Assembly (NCBI GenBank): GCA_027022365.1
Contig: JALVYU010000026.1
Span: 384,001-448,000 of the forward strand
DNA: 64,000 nt
Direction: 5' to 3'
DNA from: Desulfurococcales archaeon
GTDB lineage: Archaea; Thermoproteota; Thermoprotei_A; Sulfolobales; Desulfurococcaceae
In this document: piece after piece, positions 10,396-20,238 of the stretch
How positions within the stretch are numbered: position 1 is the first letter of the stretch
Layout: every line of letters starts with the position of its first letter
Notes under the pieces: model-generated
Seen by the model: the letters and a program-made list of their open reading frames with translations, nothing else
Told to the model about the DNA's origin: nothing
The model's database searches: none
Made by a program: the position numbers and the translations under genes

Positions 10396-11116
10396 GTACA
10401 TCATGGACAAGCTTTCTTCAGGAGAGAAACTACATTTTACGCTCATAGACCCGGACAAGCCCGGCGATCTAAGGAGAATCGCAGAGAAAATGATAGAAGC
10501 AGGGACAGACGCGTTCCTTATAGGTGGGAGCCTGGCTGTAACACCCGAGGAGGCTGGTAAGGTAGCTAAGACCCTACGTGGGATGGGTAAGCCCGTAATA
10601 GTATTTCCCGGCAATCTCAACTGCTTAACACCTGAGGCTGACGCGGTCCTCTACATGATGCTCATGAACAGCCTCGATCCCTACTACCTCGTGGAGGCAC
10701 AAGTATCAGCCGCACCAATAATTAAGAAGTACGGGCTAGAGGTCCTCCCTACAGCCTATATCGTTGTGTATGGGGATACGGCTGTAGCTCATGTTGGGAG
10801 AATACACCCTATACCTGCGGGGAAGCCGGAGATCATAGGCGCGTATGCTCTTGCGGCCGAGTTCATGGGTATGAAGTACGTCTATCTAGAAGCTGGGAGT
10901 GGGTCGGGCAGACCAGTACCGCCCAGCTTCCCCCGCACAGTAAAGAAATACACTAGTCTCATTGTGATCGTAGGTGGCGGTATCAAATCACCTCTTATAG
11001 CCCACGAAATTGTCAGGGCTGGCGCAGACATTATTGTGACAGGCACTATTGTCGAAGAAAATCCGGAGGCCGCGGCAGGCATCGTAGAGGCCGTTAAAAC
11101 CGCTATTCATCGCTAG
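10382..11116 (+). CDS. Geranylgeranylglyceryl phosphate synthase (start CTG 10382 or ATG 10403)
   Basis: LHFTLIDPDK, IGGSL, FPGN, YLEAGSG, VGGGI motifs. Confidence 0.92.
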   Translation: MKVHKYIMDKLSSGEKLHFTLIDPDKPGDLRRIAEKMIEAGTDAFLIGGSLAVTPEEAGKVAKTLRGMGKPVIVFPGNLNCLTPEADAVLYMMLMNSLDPYYLVEAQVSAAPIIKKYGLEVLPTAYIVVYGDTAVAHVGRIHPIPAGKPEIIGAYALAAEFMGMKYVYLEAGSGSGRPVPPSFPRTVKKYTSLIVIVGGGIKSPLIAHEIVRAGADIIVTGTIVEENPEAAAGIVEAVKTAIHR

Positions 11117-11363
11117 TCTTTCCACAATATTTCTTCTTGAAGGCTTCCTCGACGTCTATGTCCACGAGGTTGGCGACGCTTAGGAGCCAGGCAAATAGAT
11201 CTGCCAGTTCTTCCTCTAGGCTGCGTCGATCCATTTTTAGGAGAGCATCTGCTACTTCTCCAACTTCTTCAACGAGCCAAGTAAATGTTGCAAAAACCCC
11301 CCTGCTATTGTCTCGCTCATAATATCTCCTCCGTATAAGGTCTTGCGCTTCCCTGATCTCCAT
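11103..11363 (-). CDS. MazG-like nucleotide pyrophosphohydrolase
   Basis: WLVEEVGEVA...EEELADLFAWLLSVAN. Confidence 0.88.
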   Translation of the reverse strand: MEIREAQDLIRRRYYERDNSRGVFATFTWLVEEVGEVADALLKMDRRSLEEELADLFAWLLSVANLVDIDVEEAFKKKYCGKTSDE

Positions 11364-11459
11364 TCGTAGGCACCCCGCTAAAAAGTATCAATGGTGCCCG
11401 AATGAAATATATTGTGGGTTAGAATATATTGGTAGCAGGCAAGAAGCATCCCTATACAG

Positions 11460-11660
11460 GTGCCAGCCATGCCTAAAAGTAAAGCTAAGAGGAAGAGCAG
11501 GGGTAAGAGAGAAGCGCCAGGACCTTTCACAGCAGCAGGTCTCATTAGATTCTATGAGGAGGCCGATATAGGGATTAAGATGAAGCCACAGGTACTAATA
11601 ATAATGGCTATTGCTTTCACTGTTGCGGTCATAGTATTACAGAAGCTCGTAGGATTCTAA
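11460..11660 (+). CDS. secG: Preprotein translocase subunit Sec61beta/SecG
   Basis: AAGLIRFYEE followed by a C-terminal TM helix. Confidence 0.9.
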   Translation: MPAMPKSKAKRKSRGKREAPGPFTAAGLIRFYEEADIGIKMKPQVLIIMAIAFTVAVIVLQKLVGF

Positions 11661-11718
11661 AGCAATATACTGCACACTGGACTAGATGGGAAAAATATAG
11701 TGTAATTATGGATACGAT

Positions 11719-12624
11719 CTACATATGTCTCTTGATCCAGTCCCAGTACATTTCAGCGTACTTCTTTATCTCCTCGATCTTCTCAGGCGTCATCTTCTTG
11801 AATCTTCCCTGAAGCTTCAGATATTCTTCTACCGGCTTCCTCTTTGCCGGGTCCATGTAGGGCCTGCTCGGCCCCGATAAGTGAATCTTGCCATCATAGT
11901 ACTCGTAGAGTATCCATAATCCTGTCTCGACAGCCAGCTTCGCGATCTCTACTGTGTACTTCGGGTCGAACCTCCAGCCCGTAGGGCACGGCGCGTGCAG
12001 GTGTATGAACTTAAAGCCCCTGATCCTTCTAGCCTTCTGTAGTTTCGCGTAGAAGTCATGCGGGTATGCTATGCTTGCCGTCGCGACATATGGTACTCCA
12101 TGGGCTATCATTATCCTGGCCACATCTTTCTTGTGCTCAGTCTTACCTATGATAGGCGTAGTCGTCGTCCATGCGCCGAAAGGTGTTGAGCTGCTACGCT
12201 GTATACCGGTGTTCATGTATGCCTCGTTATCGTACATTATGTATATCATGTCGTGGTTTCTCTCGGCCGCTCCGGAGAGGCTCGCCATGCCTATGTCTGC
12301 CGTTCCACCGTCGCCCGCCCAAGCTATCACCTGTACATCGTTTACTCCACGCTTCTTGAGCGCCTCCGCTATGCCTGAAGCCACGGCAGCCGCTGAGGCG
12401 AAAGCCACGTGTACAACACTGGCTTTTATCGAGTTGCCCGGATAAGCTCCTACCACGACCGAGGAGCAGCATGCCGGTATTACCAGGATCATTTTATCCC
12501 TGAATACTGCCGCTAGTACTTTCCAGGCCATCGGTATCGGGCATCCTGGGCAGGCCGCGTCTCCTGGGAGCACTATGTCTCTCATACGATAGGGTAGTGG
12601 GGGTTTTGGACGGGTCTGGGCCAT
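11719..12624 (-). CDS. porB: 2-oxoacid (pyruvate/ketoisovalerate):ferredoxin oxidoreductase beta subunit
   Basis: ACPGC, GDGGTADIG TPP motif, DNEAYMNTGIQRS, PCPTGW. Confidence 0.92.
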   Translation of the reverse strand: MAQTRPKPPLPYRMRDIVLPGDAACPGCPIPMAWKVLAAVFRDKMILVIPACCSSVVVGAYPGNSIKASVVHVAFASAAAVASGIAEALKKRGVNDVQVIAWAGDGGTADIGMASLSGAAERNHDMIYIMYDNEAYMNTGIQRSSSTPFGAWTTTTPIIGKTEHKKDVARIMIAHGVPYVATASIAYPHDFYAKLQKARRIRGFKFIHLHAPCPTGWRFDPKYTVEIAKLAVETGLWILYEYYDGKIHLSGPSRPYMDPAKRKPVEEYLKLQGRFKKMTPEKIEEIKKYAEMYWDWIKRHM

Positions 12625-12630
12625 AGGGGA

Positions 12631-13809
12631 TCACCTCTTGTGGTACCATGTGAAAACAGGTGGTTGCTCGCCCTTCTCGACTATATCTACGAAGTTCTTG
12701 ACGAGCTTGTAGAAGTCTGTATGTGTCACGTTGACTCCTCCTATCCCCGCAACTATATTGGATATTACTGGTAGGTTCCTCGTGTACTGCGCCAGACCCG
12801 CTACTAAGTCGGTGTATATTTGTCCCCATGCACCAAAGCTTATTGCGCGGTCGAGCACTATTACTCCTTTGACGCCATTTATTATCTTCCAGAGATCCTC
12901 TATTGGGAACGGCCTCACAAACCTTATCCTGGCGACGCCTACAGGGTATCCCTCCTCGCGTAGTTTCTGGACCGCTTCTATCAGGTCTCCCGCCCACGCG
13001 CCCATCGCTATGGCTATATATTTAGCGTTGCTGCACCCAACACACTGTATTAGGCCCCCATACTTCCTGCCGGTGAGCTTGCCGTAGCTCTCATCAACTT
13101 CTTTTATAACCTGTTTCGCCTCCTCCATTGCTTTCTGTATATCCATGAACATCTCCTCCGTGTCCTCGGGCCAAGCGAGGTTCCCGATCGCTAGGGGCTC
13201 ACGACCGTCTATAACGTATCCCTGTCTTCTCGGGCCAAGCCAGTCGTCCAGCTCCTTCTGGTCGGGTAGCTCAACGGGCATTGTTGTGTGGCCTAGGATG
13301 AAGCCCTCAAGCCCGATCATTACCGGCAGATATACTCTCGGATCCTCGCTTATCTTGAACGCCTGCACTGTCAGGTCGAATACCTCCTGGTTGTCCATGC
13401 CGAAGCCCAGTATCCAGCCCGTATCTCTCTGGTCCATGAAGTCGCTGTGGTCCGGCCATATGTTCCAAGGAGTACCGATTGTCCTCGTAACTATTGCCAT
13501 GACAACTGGTACCCGGGCCCTGCTCGTCCAGTGCACCCATTCATGCATATATAGTAGTCCATGGCTACTCGTCGCCGTGAAGGCCCTAGCACCCGCCAGG
13601 GCTGCGCCGAAAGTGGCTGCAAGGGCTGAGTGCTCGCTCTCAACACGTATCATGACCGCGTCGAGCTCGCCTGACTCTATGAACTCTGCCAGTTTCTCAA
13701 CAATGCTTGTCTGGGGCGTTATCGGGTATGCCGCCACCACTTGTACACGTGCCATTTTAGCCGCGTATGCGACCGCGTAGTTACCCGTTATGGGTACAAC
13801 CTTGCCCAT
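12631..13809 (-). CDS. porA: 2-oxoacid:ferredoxin oxidoreductase alpha subunit
   Basis: AAYPITPQT, VESEHSA, TATSSHGL. Confidence 0.92.
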   Translation of the reverse strand: MGKVVPITGNYAVAYAAKMARVQVVAAYPITPQTSIVEKLAEFIESGELDAVMIRVESEHSALAATFGAALAGARAFTATSSHGLLYMHEWVHWTSRARVPVVMAIVTRTIGTPWNIWPDHSDFMDQRDTGWILGFGMDNQEVFDLTVQAFKISEDPRVYLPVMIGLEGFILGHTTMPVELPDQKELDDWLGPRRQGYVIDGREPLAIGNLAWPEDTEEMFMDIQKAMEEAKQVIKEVDESYGKLTGRKYGGLIQCVGCSNAKYIAIAMGAWAGDLIEAVQKLREEGYPVGVARIRFVRPFPIEDLWKIINGVKGVIVLDRAISFGAWGQIYTDLVAGLAQYTRNLPVISNIVAGIGGVNVTHTDFYKLVKNFVDIVEKGEQPPVFTWYHKR

Positions 13810-13825
13810 CCAGATCTCACCCCCT

Positions 13826-14110
13826 CTACTCCTCGGGAACCATTGTTATCGCGCCTGACGGACAAACGTTTGAACATACACCACATCCCTTACAGTAGTC
13901 GTAGTCTATGGTTGGCCCCGTCTCTGGCTCTACTCTTATCACGTCGACGGGGCAGTAGATCTCGCATAGCCAGCACTTGACGCACTTCTCCTTATCCACC
14001 ACCGGTTTCTCTGTTCTCCAGAAACCCGTCTTGCCGGCCACTCCCTTCTCGGGCCTTGAGAGAGGTACGCGGTACTTTATAGGCTCTATGATCAGGTCCT
14101 GCCCGGCCAT
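13826..14110 (-). CDS. porD: 2-oxoacid:ferredoxin oxidoreductase delta subunit (2x4Fe-4S)
   Basis: KTGFWR, CVKCWLCEIYCP, CKGCGVCSNVCP; ATG at 14110. Confidence 0.92.
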   Translation of the reverse strand: MAGQDLIIEPIKYRVPLSRPEKGVAGKTGFWRTEKPVVDKEKCVKCWLCEIYCPVDVIRVEPETGPTIDYDYCKGCGVCSNVCPSGAITMVPEE

Positions 14111-14111
14111 T

Positions 14112-14693
14112 CTAGCACACCTCCGCCTCACGTGTTTGCTTATATGCCTCTACGGCTGCCTCCGCGTTGGTTTCTCCTATTGGACCGTGGAAGTACTCCT
14201 TGATCGCCTCGGCGACGCTGTTTATGGAGACCAGGCCCGTGGCCCGTGCGAACGCGCCGAGCATCGATGTGTTCACCACGGGCCACCCCGCTATGACGAG
14301 CTTCTTCTCGAGCGCTATCCTGGTCGCATTGACTCTATAGAACTTCGCGGAGCCCTTCAGCGTGAAGGCTTTCTTCTCCAACACCATGTTGTCCGGCGCA
14401 TTAACAACCACTACCCCACGATCCCTTACCTCTATCCTCTTGGTCAACCCGAGCGAGACGAGCTTGGGATCCAGGACTACTAGTACGTCACAATCATAGA
14501 ACATGCCGTGCCTCAGTATGGGCTTATCGCTTATCCTGCTGAAAGCCATGACGGGGGCCCCTCTACGCTCAGCGCCGAAGAACGGGAATCCCTGGCCATA
14601 TAGGCCTTCCCTGAGCACGGCACTGACCAGTATATTGGCGGCAGTAACTCCTCCCTGACCACCCCTACCATAGAATATAATCTCCTTAAGCAA
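14112..14693 (-). CDS. porG: 2-oxoacid:ferredoxin oxidoreductase gamma subunit
   Basis: GRGGQGGVTA, FPFFGAERRGAPV, NTSMLGA; TTG start at 14693 likely. Confidence 0.92.
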   Translation of the reverse strand: MLKEIIFYGRGGQGGVTAANILVSAVLREGLYGQGFPFFGAERRGAPVMAFSRISDKPILRHGMFYDCDVLVVLDPKLVSLGLTKRIEVRDRGVVVVNAPDNMVLEKKAFTLKGSAKFYRVNATRIALEKKLVIAGWPVVNTSMLGAFARATGLVSINSVAEAIKEYFHGPIGETNAEAAVEAYKQTREAEVC

Positions 14694-14794
14694 GGCTCTC
14701 AACCACCAGAAACAAGGGGACATATCACGTGTCGTTTTCCTTGCTCAAGACAATATATCTGGGAAAAAGAATAAAAAGAATTGCATAACCCGGG

Positions 14795-15141
14795 GGCGCC
14801 GGGGAAGAGCTCGTAACCCGCATTCTGTTAACGGCTACATTCGACTAAGCGGCCCCCACAGGGGATCGCGTGGGCCTCATCCCCCCGGAGCCGCCGGGGG
14901 CCTTGCTCCCCACGGGACGGCCGTTTCAACGCAACCACCGCCGTACTCGACGGGTTGCCGCCGCCCCGTCGCCGGGACGGCCACGCCGCCTCATCGCCAT
15001 CCAAGCGGTGGACGTGCCGTTTCTGTGCCGTTGCCACGGGTCCTACCCGTGCCCCGTTTCGGGGCCGTGGCCCCACGGGGAGTGCGGAGTTTCCTCACCC
15101 CCTACGCGGGGGCGTGGGTAGCCCGGCCCTTCCCCGGCGCC
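14795..15141 (-). ncRNA. rnpB: RNase P RNA
   Basis: Minus strand has GAGGAAACTCC (CR-I), ACAGAAAC, TTGAAAC, GAGCAAG and AACAGAA...GGGTTA (CR-V), with terminal helix GGCGCCGGGGAAG/CTTCCCCGGCGCC; very GC-rich. Confidence 0.95.
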
Positions 15142-15189
15142 ATCGAATACTACTTATAGCAGACCCCCTTTAATTTCGTATAGACCCGT

Positions 15190-15690
15190 GTATTACTCTG
15201 TTGGAGCGGAAACAATAGAGTTGAACTCCCCAGTTAGCAAATCATACAACATATAAACATTACCCAGAACACCCAGACCCCACTCTTTCCAGTGGACAAG
15301 CAAATAGAACAGCGAGTTATAGAATAGAGATTAACATTATGCCTATAAATTATTATTTATTTAATATCCAAGATAATCACAGTATCATTATACAAACTAA
15401 ATATTAATTAGTTATATGTGATAAGAGTTCATAAATAAAATAACAAAATCAATTATAATTATGCCGATTAATCCTACTCTTTCCAGTCCTAGCTGATGCT
15501 TTCTCCAAAAGAAATATAGGGGTGACTGACGTTAGTATGTTTAGTTCGGTTCTTCCAGCCGAAACCATAGGGTATAACCGGGGAGTTACCAAGCCACACT
15601 TAACCCCGGTCAAATACTTATTAAGATGTCTGATGTAGTGTCGGGGCCTCATGGAGTGGAAACCATAGGGTATAACCGGGGGGTTACACA
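15190..15690. other. Candidate chromosomal replication origin (ORB-like boxes flanking an AT-rich DUE)
   Basis: ORB-like TCCACTGGAAAGAGTGGGGT (minus, 15277-15296) and TCCAGCCGAAACCATAGGGT (plus, 15554-15573), partial boxes near 15201, 15474 and 15652; AT-rich core about 15330-15470. Confidence 0.7.
15561..15687 (+). repeat. 29-bp direct repeat, 2 copies (15561-15589 and 15659-15687)
   Basis: GAAACCATAGGGTATAACCGGGG[A/G]GTTAC, one mismatch, 98-bp period. Confidence 0.9.
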
Positions 15691-15698
15691 TGCACAGA

Positions 15699-16217
15699 TC
15701 AACAGAGCACACGATCACCCCAGAAATCACGTATGATGCGCCGGAGCGCCTCGGGGTTCTCCGCCCTGCTATATTCCCTTAATAGTTCCTCGTTAAGAGT
15801 ATGGAACGTGTTCATCCACTTGTAGAGGCCGAGGAGCTTCCCGTAGAGATCATGGTAGCCCGTAATGTATAGTGCTGCGGCGACGGCCTCGATCGACGAT
15901 AACATGCAGGGCCTTGCATAGTTGATGGGGTTTCCGGGTAGGAGGGGCGGCAGTTTCCTGTGGAGCCCCTTGACATGTACTGTTCTGTGTCTTGCTAGTT
16001 TTTTCCAGCTGCAGTCGTATACTAGTAATCCGTGCTTCTCGATAACCCCCCGGTTCCACGGGCCAAGGTACTCGCCGCTGTAAGGGTCGAGGACCAGGGG
16101 CCATCCCTTGACCCTTCTCGGGTGGACACGGAATGCTAGGCCGTGTCTGACCATTTTCAAACTCGTGTTCTTCCTCGGATCATCCTCGGCCATGTAGACT
16201 ACCATTATTCTCGGCAA
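15699..16217 (-). CDS. tsr3: rRNA aminocarboxypropyltransferase Tsr3 (DUF367)
   Basis: DDPRKNTSLKM, DCSW, RKLPPLLPGNPINY, LSSIEAVAAALYI. Confidence 0.9.
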   Translation of the reverse strand: MPRIMVVYMAEDDPRKNTSLKMVRHGLAFRVHPRRVKGWPLVLDPYSGEYLGPWNRGVIEKHGLLVYDCSWKKLARHRTVHVKGLHRKLPPLLPGNPINYARPCMLSSIEAVAAALYITGYHDLYGKLLGLYKWMNTFHTLNEELLREYSRAENPEALRRIIRDFWGDRVLC

Positions 16218-16260
16218 GCCGCGTCGCCAAACTATATATTCCGCAGAACCCAGTATATTC

Positions 16261-16530
16261 TTGGGGATAATAATGGCTAAGGCCGCAGCAATAGTCCTGA
16301 TCCAGACCGAGATCGGGGCCGAATCAAGGGTTATGGAGAAGCTCTACGAGATACCCGAGGTAACCGAGGTATACATCGTCTATGGAATATACGATGTAGT
16401 AGCCAAGGTAGAGGCCGAGAGCCTAGAGAGAATAAGAGAGGTTATAACGAGCAAGATAAGGAAGTTCCCAGAGATAAGGACGACCAGCACAATGGTCGTC
16501 GTTGAGGGTAAGCTCAAGAAGCAGGAGTAA
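16261..16530 (+). CDS. Stand-alone Lrp/AsnC ligand-binding (RAM) domain protein
   Basis: VYIVYGIYDVVAKVEA...IRTTSTMVV; no HTH domain. Confidence 0.85.
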   Translation: MGIIMAKAAAIVLIQTEIGAESRVMEKLYEIPEVTEVYIVYGIYDVVAKVEAESLERIREVITSKIRKFPEIRTTSTMVVVEGKLKKQE

Positions 16531-16652
16531 GACTAACCTCCTAGGCTTTACTAAACCGTTTTTCTCCCCCAGCAAATGAATTCCTGCACAGTCAATCCTA
16601 TCCAGAAAAAGAATAGACCATGCATGTCTCGGGAGGACCAGGTAGGATGAGG

Positions 16653-16764
<112 letters not shown>

Positions 16765-16821
16765 ATCTCCATGTTCTTTAATAGAGTCCCTCAGCAGCCT
16801 TATATCCTTTATCTCGTCGTT

Positions 16822-18030
16822 TCACCTGGTTATCTGGTATTTCCTGACCTCCTCGTACAGCTTCTTCCCCGGCCCCTCCTCGAAATACTGTCTTATCGGC
16901 GCTATCAGCTGGTCTAGGGCATCTGCTAGTGCGTTCTTGAGGTCTAGTGGATGTATTTTACCTGTATCATAGTCTTTGACTAGGTCGTCGTAGCTGGTAT
17001 AGGTCTCCTCGCCCTCCCTTGTCTTGACCGTGAACGAGTCCCGTGTCCTGAACACTATCTCCTTAACATATACTAGGACGGGGTTCTCAATGGTTAGACT
17101 GTATTCCTCCGTCCTACCATTAACTGTCCTGATAACCCTATGCTCTACGATGCTTTTCGGCGGGCAATACGCCTTCCTGATCTTTCTAAATATCTTCTTA
17201 CGGCTATCATGGATGAGAATCGTTGTCTCGGGCTTAGACTTGCTCATCTTACTCGCTATGATGAAGTCCTTCCACGGATCATCGTCAAACCCGGGCAGAG
17301 TCGTTGGCGGAGGCGTCAGGGATGGGAGGAGCCTATGGTGGACGGCGACGGGCTTTCCGTTTACCCCGTAGTCCTCGTAGCCGAGGAGCTTATACATCTT
17401 GTATCTCCGGCCGGCGAGCTCTATAGATTTACCCGCCACGTCCCTGGCCAACATGTTCACTTTCCGCTGATCAATCCCGAGCTGGGGAACATCCACTGGT
17501 AGGTGGAAGATGTCGGCTGCCTGCATTGAGGGATAGAAGAAAATAGCTGTCTCCTTCTCCTCCGCCGCTATCCTTCCAGCTATGGTTAATGCACGCTTGG
17601 TTCTACGGAGGCTGTGGGCCTTAGCTATCAGTATTACTTTCCTCCAGTACTCGGGGTCCGAGAAGAAGTCCATATGCCATACAATCTCTATCTTGTCGAA
17701 AGGTACTCCGAGGACCTCGCACGACCTCCTCCAGACCTCGCGGAAATACTCCCCAGCCCTCCTGATCCTCTCTAGGTCGCCTCCCAGCTTATTGTTTATC
17801 CATGCATAATCGTCGGCCAGCAGGTACTTCATCCTAAAGCCTGCTTTGAGAAGATAGCCAGTAAGTATTGTGCGGTAGATGGCGATAGGGATGTGTGCCA
17901 GGCCGGATGGCTCGAAGCCGTCGTAGGCCCATGGATGCTCCTTTGTCTCAAGAAGAATCCTCAAGTCCTTCTCGGTCACGATCTCTCTGGCGAACTCCTT
18001 GATATAGGATAGCCGTGTCTCAACATCCAA
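16822..18030 (-). CDS. tyrS: Tyrosine--tRNA ligase
   Basis: AYDGFEPSGLAH, YPSMQAADIF, LGIDQRK, KMSKS, IHPLDLK. Confidence 0.92.
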   Translation of the reverse strand: MDVETRLSYIKEFAREIVTEKDLRILLETKEHPWAYDGFEPSGLAHIPIAIYRTILTGYLLKAGFRMKYLLADDYAWINNKLGGDLERIRRAGEYFREVWRRSCEVLGVPFDKIEIVWHMDFFSDPEYWRKVILIAKAHSLRRTKRALTIAGRIAAEEKETAIFFYPSMQAADIFHLPVDVPQLGIDQRKVNMLARDVAGKSIELAGRRYKMYKLLGYEDYGVNGKPVAVHHRLLPSLTPPPTTLPGFDDDPWKDFIIASKMSKSKPETTILIHDSRKKIFRKIRKAYCPPKSIVEHRVIRTVNGRTEEYSLTIENPVLVYVKEIVFRTRDSFTVKTREGEETYTSYDDLVKDYDTGKIHPLDLKNALADALDQLIAPIRQYFEEGPGKKLYEEVRKYQITR

Positions 18031-18139
18031 TACGTATACACCCCGTAGACTATAGTATGGAGATTGTCTTGAACCAAAGATATCGTTATCGCCCTAAGGA
18101 TGGATTGTCGGAGAGGATTATCTTGGAGCCTGATAGAGG

Positions 18140-18328
18140 CTAGACGATCCTTACACGGTTGACCTTCTTGTTCTGCCAACTATACCTCCTGATCCTCTTG
18201 CTTCTCCCAAAACCACATGCAGCACAGTAGCCCTTAGCGACGTTGAACGCGTGTCTACCGCACCGCCTACATCTTATGTGTGTCTTGCTCCTCCCGTGCT
18301 TACCCATTGAAGGCGTTCCTTTACCCAT
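18140..18328 (-). CDS. rpl37e: 50S ribosomal protein L37e
   Basis: [15 protein letters not shown]...CAACGFGRS. Confidence 0.96.
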   Translation of the reverse strand: MGKGTPSMGKHGRSKTHIRCRRCGRHAFNVAKGYCAACGFGRSKRIRRYSWQNKKVNRVRIV

Positions 18329-18362
18329 ACATGATCACCCCGGCTGGGCTTCTCGGCCATGA

Positions 18363-18596
<234 letters not shown>

Positions 18597-18742
18597 TCAT
18601 CTCCGTCTAGTGCTTGTTCCCTCCATTCAATCATAACGTCTATGCCTAGGAGTATTGGGTAATGTATCCAAGTATATAAGTACTATGGATCACATGTGTA
18701 TGTGACAAGTAATAAGTCTCCCTCCACAATATTATCTCGAAG

Positions 18743-18800
18743 GATATGTGGAGGGGATCCCTGGCTGATCTTATGATGAGCTTTCGGTCGCCCCGAAGGT
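18743..18800 (+). ncRNA. Candidate box C/D sRNA (degenerate C box)
   Basis: ATGTGGA - 12 nt - CTGA - ATGATGA - 13 nt - CCGA. Confidence 0.45.
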
Positions 18801-18808
18801 GATCCGTA

Positions 18809-19288
18809 TTGCCTAGGCGGTGGGTGTTATCCAAGAAGGAGAGGAAACAGCTCGTCAAGGAATTGTCCAGTCTTTATCCGGGCCTGGAGCTCGACCCGTC
18901 CTCGAAGATCGAGTACTACCAGTCCAGAGAACTACCCCTAATCATAATAGTTGATGATGTCCCAGCATTCTTCAAGTACGAGGATAAATGGGTACCACAT
19001 CTGAAATACCTGCTCAGTAAAGGATACGAGTGGATCCCACGGATCGTTGTGGATATGGGGGCCGTCAAGCCCCTGGGCCGAGGAGCAGACGTTATGGCCC
19101 CAGGCATAAGGAGAGTTGTCGGGGAGTTCCGGGCAGGCGATCCCGTAGCGGTCGTGGATGAAAAGTATGGAAAACCATTCGTTGTAGGAATAGCTCTTGT
19201 AGACTCAGTCAGAATCCCCGGTATGAAGAGGGGGAGGGTTGTTAGGAATATCCATCGTGTCGGTGATAGGATTTGGCGTTTACTCTAG
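18809..19288 (+). CDS. PUA-domain RNA-binding protein (DUF1947 + PUA)
   Basis: VVDMGAVKPLGRGADVMAPGI, HRVGDRIW. Confidence 0.88.
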   Translation: MPRRWVLSKKERKQLVKELSSLYPGLELDPSSKIEYYQSRELPLIIIVDDVPAFFKYEDKWVPHLKYLLSKGYEWIPRIVVDMGAVKPLGRGADVMAPGIRRVVGEFRAGDPVAVVDEKYGKPFVVGIALVDSVRIPGMKRGRVVRNIHRVGDRIWRLL

Positions 19289-19417
19289 CTCTGTGTTAAC
19301 CGGGGGGTTACACGGGATCGCATCCTCTGGAACAGACATGATATTTTTATAAAGACTACAACACCGTAGATATGCCTAGCATAGACAAAACAAGATAAGC
19401 AGAGGTGAACGCCTAGA

Positions 19418-20212
19418 ATGCCTTTCAATGAGGGCGACTTCATAGTACTCGAGTACACGATCAGGGTAAAGGAGACGGGCAACATAGTTGATACAACGAA
19501 TGAGGAGCTCGCTAAGAAAGAAGGTGTTTACGAGTCGGGCAGGCTGTACGGGCCGACCCTAATAGTTCTCGGTAAGGGCTGGCTCAACAAGTATGTTGAG
19601 GAGAAGATCAAGGAGCTCGACGTGGGTGGAGAGGCCGAGATAGAGGTTCCACCCGAAAAAGCGTTTGGTGAAAGGGATCCCGGCAAAGTAAGGGTGTTTA
19701 GTATAAGAGAGTTTAGGAAGCGGGGATACAGGGTCCGGGTTGGAGACGTTGTAGAGGTTGGCGGCGAGAAAGGCATTGTAAAAAGCATAACTGGCGGCAG
19801 AGTGATCATTGACTTCAACCACCCACTAGCGGGTAAGACCCTCATCTACAAGGTCAAGATAGTTAGGAAGCTTGAGGGAACAGAGGAGAAGATCAAGGGC
19901 CTTGCGAGGAGGTATCTGCAGATACCGGAGGAAGAGCTCAAGATAGAGTATGATCCTGAGGAGAAGAAGGTCGTCATAGAGATCCCGACGAAATACATGG
20001 CTAGAAGAGATATACAGTACGCCAAGATACTCCTGGTCACAGACATTTACGATATGCTGAAAGACGAGGTAGATAAGGTAGTGTTCCAGGAAGTATTCAC
20101 GAGGCGGAAGGAAGAGAAGGTGGGGAAACAAGAAGAAGCCGAGAAGAGGGAAGCCGAGGAGAAGACGGGAGAAGCACCTAAGGAAGAAGAAGCTGCAGAG
20201 GAGAAGGCTTAG
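19418..20212 (+). CDS. Long-type FKBP peptidyl-prolyl isomerase (SlyD-like)
   Basis: VPPEKAFGERD, DFNHPLAGKTL. Confidence 0.92.
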   Translation: MPFNEGDFIVLEYTIRVKETGNIVDTTNEELAKKEGVYESGRLYGPTLIVLGKGWLNKYVEEKIKELDVGGEAEIEVPPEKAFGERDPGKVRVFSIREFRKRGYRVRVGDVVEVGGEKGIVKSITGGRVIIDFNHPLAGKTLIYKVKIVRKLEGTEEKIKGLARRYLQIPEEELKIEYDPEEKKVVIEIPTKYMARRDIQYAKILLVTDIYDMLKDEVDKVVFQEVFTRRKEEKVGKQEEAEKREAEEKTGEAPKEEEAAEEKA

Positions 20213-20238
20213 CCCGAGCTGTAACAGCTCAACTTATG

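Noticed and set aside
14828-15173. Three GC-rich ORFs (82, 83 and 72 aa)
   Set aside because: They overlap the RNase P RNA and are by-products of high GC.
15449-15730. 93-aa ORF, and the direct repeat as a possible mini-CRISPR
   Set aside because: The ORF crosses the origin-like repeats with no protein motif. There are only two repeat copies with a spacer of about 69 bp and no cas genes.
18030-18140. Possible C/D sRNA between tyrS and rpl37e
   Set aside because: Only one CTGA and no convincing C boxes or guide spacing.
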